A stretch of 26,979 bases of DNA from a virus (taxonomy: Duplodnaviria; Caudoviricetes). How positions within the stretch are numbered: the first letter of the stretch is position 1; each line of letters starts with the position of its first letter. A program made the translations under genes and the position numbers. Under the pieces are notes generated by a model. That model was not told the origin of the DNA, ran no database searches, and was given only the letters and a program-made list of their open reading frames with translations. The DNA is taken from positions 1 to 26,979 of the IMG/VR virus record IMGVR_UViG_3300038475_000040. One strand, written 5' to 3'. Positions 1 to 7,969 of this stretch are shown here, one piece after another.

Positions 1-35
1 GACTGAAAGAGGGGCAATCGTGAGGGGTATTTTGA

Positions 36-112
36 TGGTGCGCCGGGCGGGATTTGAACCCACTACCCCCGACTTAGAAGGTCGGTGCTCTATCCAAATG
101 AGCTACCGGCGC
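36..112 (-). tRNA. tRNA-Arg (anticodon UCU)
   Basis: Reverse complement GCGCCGGTAGCTCATTTGGATAGAGCACCGACCTTCTAAGTCGGGGGTAGTGGGTTCAAATCCCGCCCGGCGCACCA: 77 nt cloverleaf, anticodon stem CCGAC/GTCGG with loop CT-TCT-AA, GTTCAAATC T-loop, encoded CCA. Confidence 0.96.
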
Positions 113-143
113 GGTGATATTTTTGGCGCTGGAAACCTTGAAA

Positions 144-345
144 ACTTGCACTTAACTTGCACTTGGACTTACTTAAAACTGCAAGTTGTTGATTTTAAAC
201 GATACTTGAAGTGCCCCCGACAGGAATCGAACCTGTTGATATGCGAATACAAAGCAATTTAAAGGAATTAGTGTCTTTGATTATTAACGCTAATTTCTTT
301 GGCTTTCTTTGCCACTTGCACAATTACTTGCACAAAAACTTGCAA
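144..345. mobile_element. Putative attP site (tRNA 3'-end core flanked by arm-type repeats)
   Basis: Core 211..236 reads ACAGGTTCGATTCCTGTCGGGGGCAC on the minus strand (T-arm plus acceptor strand of a tRNA, no 5' half). ACTTGCA(C) repeats at 144, 155 (left) and 314, 326, 338 (right), plus an inverted copy at 180..186. Confidence 0.75.
182..194 (-). promoter_or_regulatory. IHF-binding consensus site
   Basis: AATCAACAACTTG on the minus strand matches WATCAANNNNTTR exactly and lies between the left arm repeats and the tRNA-like core. Confidence 0.6.
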
Positions 346-473
346 ATTTCTTTGTATTTCGCTGTCTTTCGGGCTACCAAATGACAACGGCGCGCATAGT
401 AAGTGAGGCTAAAAGGTTTGGCAAGGAAAATGAATAACCATGTAAACGAATACAGATTAAACAGGAGCAAAAA

Positions 474-1307
474 ATGATCAAACCCATCGCAATATTCGTC
501 ACTTCCACCGCCGTCACCATGACCGCAATCGCCGCTTGGGATCGTGGCGGGACGTTCGCTGACAAAGCGGTTTTGGTCGCCATGTCCGTTGTAATCGTCG
601 TGGCCGTCCACCTCCTGCCAGCTATGTCCCGTTCCCGTGCAACGTGGCTGGTCTGGTTCTTTTGCCTGTTCGGGGCAATCTACGGCCATTTGACCTTTTT
701 CACGAACAGTACGCTTCGTGCCGCCGATGCCCGTGCCCATCAATCAGCCTTGGCTGTCGGTACGCAGCACCAGATTGACGCAGCCAGAGAAGCTTTGGAC
801 CGGATCACGGCACGCCCTGTCGCTGTTGTAGCGGCTGAACTGGCCCTGTCTGAAGATCGCCGGGAACGTGCCGCTCTCAGGGAAGAGATTGCCCAAGGAA
901 AGCGTGCCGATGCGTTACTGGCCGATTTGACCCGGCTTTCGGCTGTTGCTACTACCGCCCAAATCCCTGTTACTGATCCAGTAACAAGCCGTTTGGCCGC
1001 AGTAACAGGCTGGAACGAGACACAGGTTGCAGTAACAATCGGCCTGACGTTCTCAATCCTGCTTGAACTGATCGGGGCTTTGCTTTGGTATGAAGCCATG
1101 CGCAGGACTACCGTTATTGCACCGTTAAGTAACGGTAGTAACACCGTTACCCTACCGTTAAGTAACAGTAGTAACTTTGTTACTCATCCTGTTACTATAT
1201 TGCGTGAAGCAGTTGTTGCCGGGAAGTGTCAGAAAACAGTCAGGGGTATCCGGGAATTCTTGGGATGCTCCCAGTCGCAGGCCATGGAGTTAAGGAGGCA
1301 GATTTGA
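474..1307 (+). CDS. Membrane protein with coiled coil and putative C-terminal helix-turn-helix
   Basis: AGGAG RBS; three N-terminal hydrophobic segments, an Ala/Arg/Glu-rich helical region, a fourth TM segment (VAVTIGLTFSILLELIGALLWY) and HTH-like tail TVRGIREFLGCSQSQAMELRRQI. Confidence 0.75.
   Translation: MIKPIAIFVTSTAVTMTAIAAWDRGGTFADKAVLVAMSVVIVVAVHLLPAMSRSRATWLVWFFCLFGAIYGHLTFFTNSTLRAADARAHQSALAVGTQHQIDAAREALDRITARPVAVVAAELALSEDRRERAALREEIAQGKRADALLADLTRLSAVATTAQIPVTDPVTSRLAAVTGWNETQVAVTIGLTFSILLELIGALLWYEAMRRTTVIAPLSNGSNTVTLPLSNSSNFVTHPVTILREAVVAGKCQKTVRGIREFLGCSQSQAMELRRQI
914..1195. repeat. Cluster of GTAAC/GTTAC motifs, palindromes and a 33-bp-period duplication inside the CDS
   Basis: TGTTACTG-ATC-CAGTAACA (968..986), ACCGTTA-AG-TAACGGT (1121..1136), GTAAC-ACC-GTTAC (1138..1150), AGTAAC-TTT-GTTACT (1170..1184); ACCGTTAAGTAAC[G/A]GTAGTAAC at 1121 and 1154. 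Confidence 0.8.
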
Positions 1308-1549
1308 ATACGATAGCTGAAGCATGGGAGCGACTGGTAAATGAAGTATTGCCTCCGGGTATATTACCCTCGTCTGTGCAATATATAGAAACGCGCAGGG
1401 CTTTTTATGCCGGGGCGGCATTAATGCATTCAAAATTGACCCGTCTTGGCGATGGCGATGTATCGGAAAACGCTGCTGTAGCAATGATAGATGGATGGGC
1501 TGAAGAAATTAGCCTTTTTGCTGAACAAGTAAGTAGGGGTGAAGCATGA
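1304..1549 (+). CDS. Hypothetical phage protein (QxxExRRAFYAGA motif)
   Basis: AGGAGG RBS precedes a TTG at 1304 overlapping the upstream stop (TTGA); start shortened from the ORF-track value of 1226. Confidence 0.7.
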   Translation: MNTIAEAWERLVNEVLPPGILPSSVQYIETRRAFYAGAALMHSKLTRLGDGDVSENAAVAMIDGWAEEISLFAEQVSRGEA

Positions 1550-1761
1550 ATCTAAACGATCCGGGCAAATACGATGATCTGTGTACGGGGGCGCGGTTGG
1601 TAGCCAAGGCTGAAGGTGTAATCCTTATCGTCATTAACGGTGAAAAGGGTAGCGGCTTTTCTGTGCAGGGCACAGGTGAAGTGCTGCATCAACTACCCGA
1701 AGTCCTTGAGGCTGTAGCCGAACAAATCCGGGCAAGCATGAATGGAGAGATGAATGGCTGA
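1546..1761 (+). CDS. Hypothetical phage protein
   Basis: ATGA overlap with the previous gene; 71 aa (PGKYDDLCT...). Confidence 0.75.
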   Translation: MNLNDPGKYDDLCTGARLVAKAEGVILIVINGEKGSGFSVQGTGEVLHQLPEVLEAVAEQIRASMNGEMNG

Positions 1762-1945
1762 CATAACCATGTGCGCCCATGAAGGGTGTAGACAGGCGAT
1801 GTGGTGTTACCGCAAGCGTGCTGTTGCCGATGAATTCAGACAGGCATATGCGGATATGTTCGAGCCGCATCCAAATGATCCGTCCATTCCGTGCCTGAAC
1901 TTTTGGGCACTAGAAGGTCGCAAAAATATTGAGCCGTTGAAATGA
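1754..1945 (+). CDS. Small Cys-rich hypothetical phage protein
   Basis: GGAG RBS; MADITMCxxxxCxxxxxCYR pattern, possibly metal-binding. Confidence 0.7.
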   Translation: MADITMCAHEGCRQAMWCYRKRAVADEFRQAYADMFEPHPNDPSIPCLNFWALEGRKNIEPLK

Positions 1946-1957
1946 AGGAATATTTCA

Positions 1958-2197
1958 TCAGATTAAAAAAGCATCCCGGTGTGCCAGACCAACATATTCA
2001 ATTTCGGGCCATTGCGCCCTGTAGTAAGCCTGACCTCCGGGGTAATCGCGGGATTCACCAAGCGCTTGCACGTATCCTTGCACTCCCCACTCGTAAACAT
2101 CTGTCACAACCATAATGCATCCTGCAAAGGCTTTATTGCCGATCAGTTCAGGATTGAGTTGCACAAGATGACCGACGATCAGTTCTTGCTTTTCCAT
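1958..2197 (-). CDS. Hypothetical phage protein (small beta-barrel-like)
   Basis: 79 aa; last gene of a tightly packed minus-strand block; CIMVVTDVYEWGVQGYVQ. Confidence 0.75.
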   Translation of the reverse strand: MEKQELIVGHLVQLNPELIGNKAFAGCIMVVTDVYEWGVQGYVQALGESRDYPGGQAYYRAQWPEIEYVGLAHRDAFLI

Positions 2198-2322
2198 GAT
2201 TCAAGCATCCCCAGTAATTCTTTATGTATCTTGTGCAGCTTCCAAAAAAGGTATGCATTTGCAATGACCAATCCTGACGCACACACCAATAGAAAAATAA
2301 GAACGTCCCGCAATGTACTCAT
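2179..2322 (-). CDS. Small single-TM membrane protein (47 aa, not in ORF track)
   Basis: MSTLRDVLIFLLVCASGLVIANAYLFWKLHKIHKELLGMLESWKSKN; TAATG overlap with the upstream stop and fills the gap in the operon. Confidence 0.6.
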   Translation of the reverse strand: MSTLRDVLIFLLVCASGLVIANAYLFWKLHKIHKELLGMLESWKSKN

Positions 2323-2549
2323 TATTGCATCCCCTCGGGCATATTGAATTCCGGTATTGCAATGCCAGTTTCTTTTTCAATCTCTTTCGCAACGTCAGCT
2401 AATGTTTCCCCGGCCATAATTAAAATCTCATCGGTTCCACCAAGACCTTTCAGGTCAATATGAATTGGTTGGCCGGTTGTTAATCTGCGAATATTTTCAG
2501 CATCCAAACCAAAAACGAAAAGTCCATCACTCATTTTGATTCGCAGCAT
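2322..2549 (-). CDS. Hypothetical phage protein
   Basis: AGGAG RBS before ATG at 2549 (MLRIK...GLDAENIRRLTTGQPI). Confidence 0.7.
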   Translation of the reverse strand: MLRIKMSDGLFVFGLDAENIRRLTTGQPIHIDLKGLGGTDEILIMAGETLADVAKEIEKETGIAIPEFNMPEGMQ

Positions 2550-2731
2550 GTCTTCTCCTTTGGTTTGCAATCTTCATGCAGCTTGATAAACGCATTAATT
2601 CGTTTTGAAAATAACTTAGCGCCTATTGGCAATTTAATTTTGCAGGTATTTTCACAATGCTTACATACAAATATTTCATTGATCGTGTCGTAAACCACAT
2701 GGGACGTATCCTGTTTCATATTCATACCCAA
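2531..2731 (-). CDS. Small Zn-finger-like protein
   Basis: CKHC ... HEDC motifs; start codon uncertain (several Met codons). Confidence 0.65.
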   Translation of the reverse strand: MGMNMKQDTSHVVYDTINEIFVCKHCENTCKIKLPIGAKLFSKRINAFIKLHEDCKPKEKTCCESK

Positions 2732-2943
2732 GTCTCAATAATAACCGGATCATCCAATTCCTGACGCGGCATACAATACAGCCATGGCGGCAACTTTTTT
2801 CTCAGCAAGTCGAGATCGGTATCCATAAGCACATGACTAGTCGCCTCTTCCCCTCCCCTTCCGGCCAACCACTTTCTTGCAACGTAATGATTTGGGTAGT
2901 CTGCCGGGTGATCGTAAATCGTCCAAAGCTCAAGGGTTGCCAT
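2722..2943 (-). CDS. Hypothetical phage protein
   Basis: MATLELWTIYDHPADYP...DDPVIIETWV; GGAG RBS upstream of ATG at 2943. The longer ORF-track N-terminus overlaps the next gene. Confidence 0.75.
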   Translation of the reverse strand: MATLELWTIYDHPADYPNHYVARKWLAGRGGEEATSHVLMDTDLDLLRKKLPPWLYCMPRQELDDPVIIETWV

Positions 2944-3310
2944 TGCGTTTCTCCATCTTGGCGAATTTACGAATTGTTTCCAGCGTGACTGTATTTGCAT
3001 TCGCCAATTGCTGTTTAACGGAATCCAATATTTCCTTGTGCCCCGCTTCAGCTTCAGCCCACGTAAAGTATCGCCACATCGTTCCGGTACTACCATCAGG
3101 TAAAAATACCATCGTCTCGAAAAGCAGCGGATCGCCTTTGCCTGAGAAGTCATGATTCAAGCCTAAAAAAACAGTCGAAACCCTAATGCCTTCTATTTCA
3201 TCGTTTGCCACGCGCCGGGAGTTGACCTCCATCCACTCAGCCCACTCCAATAATGTGTCGCACTGAACAGCCATTTTGCCGATCAATTTAAAATATTGGC
3301 CCATATGCAT
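2930..3310 (-). CDS. Hypothetical phage protein
   Basis: RVSTVFLGLNHDF...PLLFETMVF motif of a kind I recall from phage accessory genes; first gene of the leftward block. Confidence 0.75.
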   Translation of the reverse strand: MHMGQYFKLIGKMAVQCDTLLEWAEWMEVNSRRVANDEIEGIRVSTVFLGLNHDFSGKGDPLLFETMVFLPDGSTGTMWRYFTWAEAEAGHKEILDSVKQQLANANTVTLETIRKFAKMEKRNGNP

Positions 3311-3328
3311 TTTTCTAAATAATTAGCC

Positions 3329-3372
3329 TTGCGCTACACATAAGAATGCGATATTTTATAACCCTACGTCAA
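3329..3372. promoter_or_regulatory. Possible overlapping divergent sigma70 promoters
   Basis: AT-rich gap between divergent genes; plus strand TTGCGC-17-TATTTT (3329..3357), minus strand TTGACG-18-CATTCT (3372..3343). Confidence 0.35.
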
Positions 3373-3391
3373 GCAATATTTTGAGGGGATC

Positions 3392-3724
3392 ATGGAAAAC
3401 AAGTTCGGATGGTTTGGTAAAAGCTGGGGTGCGCCGATTTGCGAAGAGGATGATCACATTGATATACCTATTGGTAAGCCATGCATCCACTGCGAAGAGA
3501 TTATTGTTGACGGGGATCAAGGGATAACCACTAGGCAGGGTTATTCGTATCACCTTGACTGCCACTTGCGCGAGATTGTAGGGGGCGTAAACCATATCAG
3601 GGGCACTTGCCTGTGTTGTGGTGGTACAGATAATCCTGATCCGCCCTATATCAGTAAACGGCAAGCGGCACAGTTAGCAGCAATCGAATGGGAGAAAAAG
3701 ATTCATGGCTTTTCACGTTCCTGA
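3392..3724 (+). CDS. Cys/His-rich hypothetical protein (possible Zn-binding)
   Basis: GAGGGG RBS; CIHC, HLDCH, HxxxxCLCC motifs. Confidence 0.75.
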   Translation: MENKFGWFGKSWGAPICEEDDHIDIPIGKPCIHCEEIIVDGDQGITTRQGYSYHLDCHLREIVGGVNHIRGTCLCCGGTDNPDPPYISKRQAAQLAAIEWEKKIHGFSRS

Positions 3725-4106
3725 GAAATTCCGTGTGCGACAAGGTAAATATGCAACCGATGAACGTTACGGCAATAATGGCGCATTCATTTGCAAGGTA
3801 CGCCGAAGCCAGAAATTGAATGTAATCGCGTCTGAAGAAATGGGTTGGGAGCATGTCTCGGTGTCCCGTGTTGATCGTTGCCCGACATGGGAAGAAATGT
3901 GCTTAGTGAAAGACCTGTTCTGGGACGATACGGACTGCGTTATCCAGTACCACCCATCAAGAAGTGATTACGTAAACAATCATCCGTACTGCCTGCATCT
4001 ATGGAGGCCGATTGGGATTGAACTGCCAAGGCCGGATTCTATTTTTGTAGGCTATGCCGGGATGAGTGCAGTAGACGCAAAGAAACTTGCCGAAGGAATG
4101 AAATGA
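3705..4106 (+). CDS. Conserved phage protein (DUF7694-like, from recollection)
   Basis: WEHVSVS...PTWEEMCLVKDLFW...YVNNHPYCLHLWRP signature. Confidence 0.8.
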   Translation: MAFHVPEKFRVRQGKYATDERYGNNGAFICKVRRSQKLNVIASEEMGWEHVSVSRVDRCPTWEEMCLVKDLFWDDTDCVIQYHPSRSDYVNNHPYCLHLWRPIGIELPRPDSIFVGYAGMSAVDAKKLAEGMK

Positions 4107-4666
4107 CCCCGCTTGAAAAATCTGACAGCGTTGTAAACAAAAACAAGGCCAAATTTGACCGTTGCCTGAAAGAAGTTAAATGGCTTGCCATGGACAGCCC
4201 CAGAAGTACGGAGTTTAAAGCTGTCCGTATGCTGGAAATTATAGACAGTCTCAGTGTCTATGTCGCCCCACTTTCGTCATGCCAAAAAGGATGTAGTTAT
4301 TGCTGTTATCAGGCTGTTGCTATTCCCACTTGGGAAGTAGATAGGATTGCCAAATACAGCAAACGCAAAACAACTGGCTTTGGCGGACATACCGAAAACC
4401 TTAAGCATATCCAAGATAAATTCCGCAATGTAGTTTGCCCGTTCCTGATTAATAACGCTTGCAGCATCTACCCGGTCCGTCCGTTCATGTGTCGGGCACA
4501 CTACAGCTATTCGGATGATCCGACTGATTGTGATATTGCGCTGAATCCCGGCACGACAGTATCTTACTTTAATTTTGAAAATTACAAAAAAGCATTTGTA
4601 ATATTGTTTATTAAAGATGGCTGTCACTTTGGCGATATCCGCGAATTTTTTGAAACGGAGAAATGA
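4103..4666 (+). CDS. YkgJ-family cysteine-cluster (CxxxCxxCC) Fe-S/Zn protein
   Basis: CQKGCSYCC and CPFLINNACSIYPVRPFMCR motifs. Confidence 0.9.
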   Translation: MTPLEKSDSVVNKNKAKFDRCLKEVKWLAMDSPRSTEFKAVRMLEIIDSLSVYVAPLSSCQKGCSYCCYQAVAIPTWEVDRIAKYSKRKTTGFGGHTENLKHIQDKFRNVVCPFLINNACSIYPVRPFMCRAHYSYSDDPTDCDIALNPGTTVSYFNFENYKKAFVILFIKDGCHFGDIREFFETEK

Positions 4667-5301
4667 TGCTTGAAAATATTGCGCACAAACTTGCAGTGAA
4701 ATTACTGGATGACAACGGTTATCTGAAAATCCTGCCCGCTTCAGCTTACGATGCGATCCCCCAGCATGAATTACGGCTGTTCTGTCACTTCTATGCGCGC
4801 TATAGTCTTCCAACTCAAGAGATGGTTGAATGGTTGAAGAAACATATCGGTAAGAAAAGCGCCATCGAGATTGGTGCTGGTCATGGCGATCTTGGCAGAG
4901 CATTGGGTATTCCCATGACAGATAACCATTGCCAGACATGGCCTGACGTTAAAGCATTTTATGAAGCGGCTGAACAGCCTGCGATTGCATACGGGGAAGA
5001 TGTTGAACGACTTGACGCGCTTGAAGCGGCACAGAAATACAAGCCGGATATAATCATCGGCCAATGGGTAACACACTGGATTGATCCTGCATTGCGAGTA
5101 CCAGTGGGAGGCGGTAGCATGTACGGAGTTAAGGAAGACCTGCTGCTGAAGGAATGTAAAACCTATATCGTGCTTGGGAATAAAAATATTCACGGACACA
5201 AACCGATTTTGAAACAGAAACACGCAGAACTGAAATTGCCGTTTATCCGATCAAGGGCAAGTTCGCCCAAAGAAAATGTGGTGTACGTCTGGGGAACATG
5301 A
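4663..5301 (+). CDS. Putative class I SAM-dependent methyltransferase
   Basis: Motif I IEIGAGHGDLGRAL; later VERLDALEA and PDIIIGQW segments; ATGA-coupled to the YkgJ gene. Confidence 0.7.
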   Translation: MMLENIAHKLAVKLLDDNGYLKILPASAYDAIPQHELRLFCHFYARYSLPTQEMVEWLKKHIGKKSAIEIGAGHGDLGRALGIPMTDNHCQTWPDVKAFYEAAEQPAIAYGEDVERLDALEAAQKYKPDIIIGQWVTHWIDPALRVPVGGGSMYGVKEDLLLKECKTYIVLGNKNIHGHKPILKQKHAELKLPFIRSRASSPKENVVYVWGT

Positions 5302-5495
5302 AACTCAACGCTAAAGATGTCAATTTCTATCTGGCAGCACAGGCACGCGCTTGGGCTTGCTATTTCATTTGGCGCGCATATTCAGTGGAACCGTTCGTTA
5401 CAATAACCGGGTTTTTGGGCTACCTTCTTTTTATGGTGTTAACTGAATATTTTTGGTATGTGGCAAAAGGGGTTTTTATCAGGAGGGAACAATGA
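5298..5495 (+). CDS. Small membrane protein
   Basis: ATGA overlap; two hydrophobic segments. Confidence 0.6.
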   Translation: MKLNAKDVNFYLAAQARAWACYFIWRAYSVEPFVTITGFLGYLLFMVLTEYFWYVAKGVFIRREQ

Positions 5496-5671
5496 ATTTC
5501 AGAAATTTCTTTTTTGGTCGCAGAAGTTTATGCGGTCCATTGCGGCATAGCGATGTTCATTTGTATTTGGAGAATGGACGATTTGACGGCGCGCTGAAAC
5601 ATCACCACATGACACGAAATGAAATGTGGCGTGCTGCGCGAAAACGTGAAGGAAGGAATATCAAAGGATGA
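5492..5671 (+). CDS. Small basic hypothetical protein
   Basis: AGGAGG RBS, ATG at 5492 overlapping the upstream TGA. Confidence 0.55.
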   Translation: MNFRNFFFGRRSLCGPLRHSDVHLYLENGRFDGALKHHHMTRNEMWRAARKREGRNIKG

Positions 5672-5973
5672 CTTCGAATTTTTACGAATTTGACGAGAGA
5701 ACTGCCGCCTTGCTGGGAATACAAAATCATCCCGGCTATCTAACCCCCTTCTCCAAGAATCAAGCAGAAGGAGCTTGGGCAAACGGAAGTTGTGTAGTGA
5801 AGGATGGAGCCGATCCGAGCGGAGACGTGACACCAGATGGAATTGAAGGAAAAATTCTTGGTAGCCTGAAAACACCAGATGGGAAGTATGCATATTTTGT
5901 GGAGTGGGACAACAAACCAAAAATGCCCATATTTTGTGTGCAAGAAAAATTGAGATTGCTGAAGGGGAAATAA
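5668..5973 (+). CDS. Hypothetical phage protein
   Basis: AAGGA RBS, ATGA overlap; beta-rich C-terminus YAYFVEWD. Confidence 0.7.
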   Translation: MTSNFYEFDERTAALLGIQNHPGYLTPFSKNQAEGAWANGSCVVKDGADPSGDVTPDGIEGKILGSLKTPDGKYAYFVEWDNKPKMPIFCVQEKLRLLKGK

Positions 5974-6359
5974 TGAACAAAGTTGATGCGTTTGGCGTAG
6001 TGGCTTCATGTTTACTGGTTTGGGTATTCGCGTGCTTCCTGCTGCCGTTTAAGGTAATGATGGCTGTCTATGTAACGATTGCCGCATGGGCAGTTGGCAA
6101 ATTCATTGGCAATCTACCGAGAAGATTATCAAAACAAACCGATAAAGATTTTCTGGAAGAAATGTTTGAAGTGTCGGCCAGTCAAAACGCGACAATGCGT
6201 GAAATGTTTGAGTGTATAAAACTTGCCCATGCCGCCAATCAATCATTGTCGGCAAAAATAGACGAGCTTATGCTTGAATACTGCCCGGAAGATATGACCC
6301 CGGATCAGATTGCCAATTACGAAGCGCACCAACGAGCTGTCAACGAACCACTGCATTGA
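5973..6359 (+). CDS. Membrane-anchored hypothetical protein
   Basis: TAATG overlap at 5973; two N-terminal TM segments; C-terminal KIDELMLEYCPEDMT motif. Confidence 0.65.
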   Translation: MNKVDAFGVVASCLLVWVFACFLLPFKVMMAVYVTIAAWAVGKFIGNLPRRLSKQTDKDFLEEMFEVSASQNATMREMFECIKLAHAANQSLSAKIDELMLEYCPEDMTPDQIANYEAHQRAVNEPLH

Positions 6360-6365
6360 TTTTTA

Positions 6366-7007
6366 TCATAACAAAAAACCAAGCTCCTGCATAAAATCGA
6401 CAGGATGTTTAGCGCCTTTTTTTAAATTGCACGTTGCGTGCAATAACTGAATATTTCCATCCTCATTCTTGCCGCCAAGAGCAAGCGGTTGAATATGGTC
6501 CAAGTGATAATCATCACCTAAAGGCTTTCTGCAACAGGCACATTTTCCATCTTGTAATTTAAACAGCCTTTCAGCAATATCGTTTGATAATCTTCCGCGA
6601 GTCCGCGCCCTTCTGTTTTGCTGATATGTCGCATATTGTTTCGGGTGTGCGGCACGATATTGATTTTTGATTTTTTTTAGCTTATCTCGAAGTTTAATTC
6701 TAGTTTTTGCCGCAGATATTTTTACCTTAGTTTTGTTTTTGCTAACCCATATTTTTGCATTTTCTTTTGCGCGATCTTTGTTTTCTTTATACCAAACGGC
6801 GTGCCATATCCGTGCTTTATCTAATCGCTTGACGCGACATTTTGCGCGAATCTCCTTAACTTTTTCTGGGTTATTTGTCTGCCATATTGCGGTAGCTTTC
6901 TTGACTTGCTCTTTATGTTCAACGTACCACTTTGCGTTATATTCTCTTTGACACCTCTTACATACCTTACCGAAAAACTGCTCTGCACATTTATTGCAGA
7001 TTTTCAC
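6366..7007 (-). CDS. HNH endonuclease
   Basis: N-terminal CxxC...CxxC, Lys/Arg-rich helical repeats, C-terminal CACC...HLDHIQPLALGGKNEDGNIQLLHATCNLKK; AT-rich. Confidence 0.92.
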   Translation of the reverse strand: MKICNKCAEQFFGKVCKRCQREYNAKWYVEHKEQVKKATAIWQTNNPEKVKEIRAKCRVKRLDKARIWHAVWYKENKDRAKENAKIWVSKNKTKVKISAAKTRIKLRDKLKKIKNQYRAAHPKQYATYQQNRRARTRGRLSNDIAERLFKLQDGKCACCRKPLGDDYHLDHIQPLALGGKNEDGNIQLLHATCNLKKGAKHPVDFMQELGFLL

Positions 7008-7423
7008 GGCGCATTTAATTGAGCGTTCATTTTGATTGCATCAGCATTCAGTTTTGCGCACCGCTCTCCAATTGCATCAATTGCTGATTTAGCTTCTGCC
7101 ATATACTGATCAATTCTGGTAGAGGCCATCCCGGCTGTTCCGTCTGGATTTGCGACACCGGGAGTGCTTGGACAGACTGGGATGTGGATTTGCAGCTTGT
7201 GAGACTCAGCAGTAAGCCGATCAATAATAGTTTGGTTTGCATCTCTTTCCCCTTCCGCTTTTACAAGTCGGTCCGCATAAGCAATCACTACTTTCAAATT
7301 TTCTGCTTGAGTTTCAGCCAAGCAACGGTCATAGCCCTTCTGTTCGATCTTGGTGTAGCCATACCATATACCAGCACAAAGAAACGCTATAGTGGCTAGG
7401 TATAGGCCGATCTTCAGGGTCAA
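7004..7423 (-). CDS. Inner-membrane spanin (Rz-like)
   Basis: N-terminal TM segment then coiled coil; last gene of the lysis cassette; contains a nested lipoprotein ORF. Confidence 0.8.
   Translation of the reverse strand: MTLKIGLYLATIAFLCAGIWYGYTKIEQKGYDRCLAETQAENLKVVIAYADRLVKAEGERDANQTIIDRLTAESHKLQIHIPVCPSTPGVANPDGTAGMASTRIDQYMAEAKSAIDAIGERCAKLNADAIKMNAQLNAP
7048..7242 (-). CDS. Outer-membrane lipoprotein spanin (Rz1-like), nested
   Basis: MQTKLLLIGLLLSLTS-C lipobox; Pro-containing mature part; embedded in another frame within the Rz-like gene. Confidence 0.75.
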   Translation of the reverse strand: MQTKLLLIGLLLSLTSCKSTSQSVQALPVSQIQTEQPGWPLPELISIWQKLNQQLMQLESGAQN

Positions 7424-7674
7424 CTCGCTCTCCGTCTGTCAGACAACATCAAAAACATAACGCCGATCAGCAATAGCAAAAATCCCCCTCTGCGTTCCAG
7501 TAGAACACAAAGCGAACCACCCGCCAAAAAAGGATAAGCAATACTGTTGCCGATAAATTGCAGCGGATGACCTTTCCATTGCTTCCAGTCAAGATGCGCG
7601 GCAATCTGGATTGAACGGAAAAGAATAACGGCTGCGCAAATAAGAGCAACGCCCAAATAAAAATTGCTATGCAT
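7420..7674 (-). CDS. Small membrane protein (holin/antiholin candidate)
   Basis: GGAGG RBS; 2-3 TM segments and basic C-terminus; lies in the lysis cassette. Confidence 0.65.
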   Translation of the reverse strand: MHSNFYLGVALICAAVILFRSIQIAAHLDWKQWKGHPLQFIGNSIAYPFLAGGSLCVLLERRGGFLLLLIGVMFLMLSDRRRAS

Positions 7675-7969
7675 TCTTGCCTCCCCATTTGTTTTGGGTA
7701 AAACTGATCAGAACCGGCAAAGCCCAAGTTACCGATCCGCCGATCACAACAGCAGCAAGAAGAGGTAGTTCTTCTGAGGCCAACTTAAGGCCGGGGAATG
7801 CAGAGATAAGATAGACCGAAGCAACCGGACCTCCCACACTGGAAAGAATCGCAGAGAAGAGAACTGCTGAAGCAGCTTTGGGAATATTATCGACAGTCTG
7901 TAGCCAGAACGTAGCAAAGCTGGCACTCATCAGGCCGACGATCATTGCATCCAAATCCAAGCCATTCAT
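7667..7969 (-). CDS. Putative holin
   Basis: 100 aa with about three TM segments, directly after the endolysin candidate. Confidence 0.7.
   Translation of the reverse strand: MNGLDLDAMIVGLMSASFATFWLQTVDNIPKAASAVLFSAILSSVGGPVASVYLISAFPGLKLASEELPLLAAVVIGGSVTWALPVLISFTQNKWGGKNA

Noticed and set aside
211-236. Second complete tRNA gene
   Set aside because: Only the T-arm and 3' acceptor strand are present; no D-arm, anticodon arm or CCA.
20-262. 80-aa plus-strand ORF
   Set aside because: It is the antisense reading of the tRNA and the att core.
144-345. ACTTGCAC repeats as a CRISPR array or replication iterons
   Set aside because: Repeats are 7-8 bp with no spacers, no cas or rep gene is nearby, and the layout fits integrase arm sites.
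4277-4939. 220-aa minus-strand ORF and similar long antisense ORFs (e.g. 20165..20674, 24920..25441, 13335..13790)
   Set aside because: They shadow well-supported genes on the opposite strand and show no recognisable motifs.
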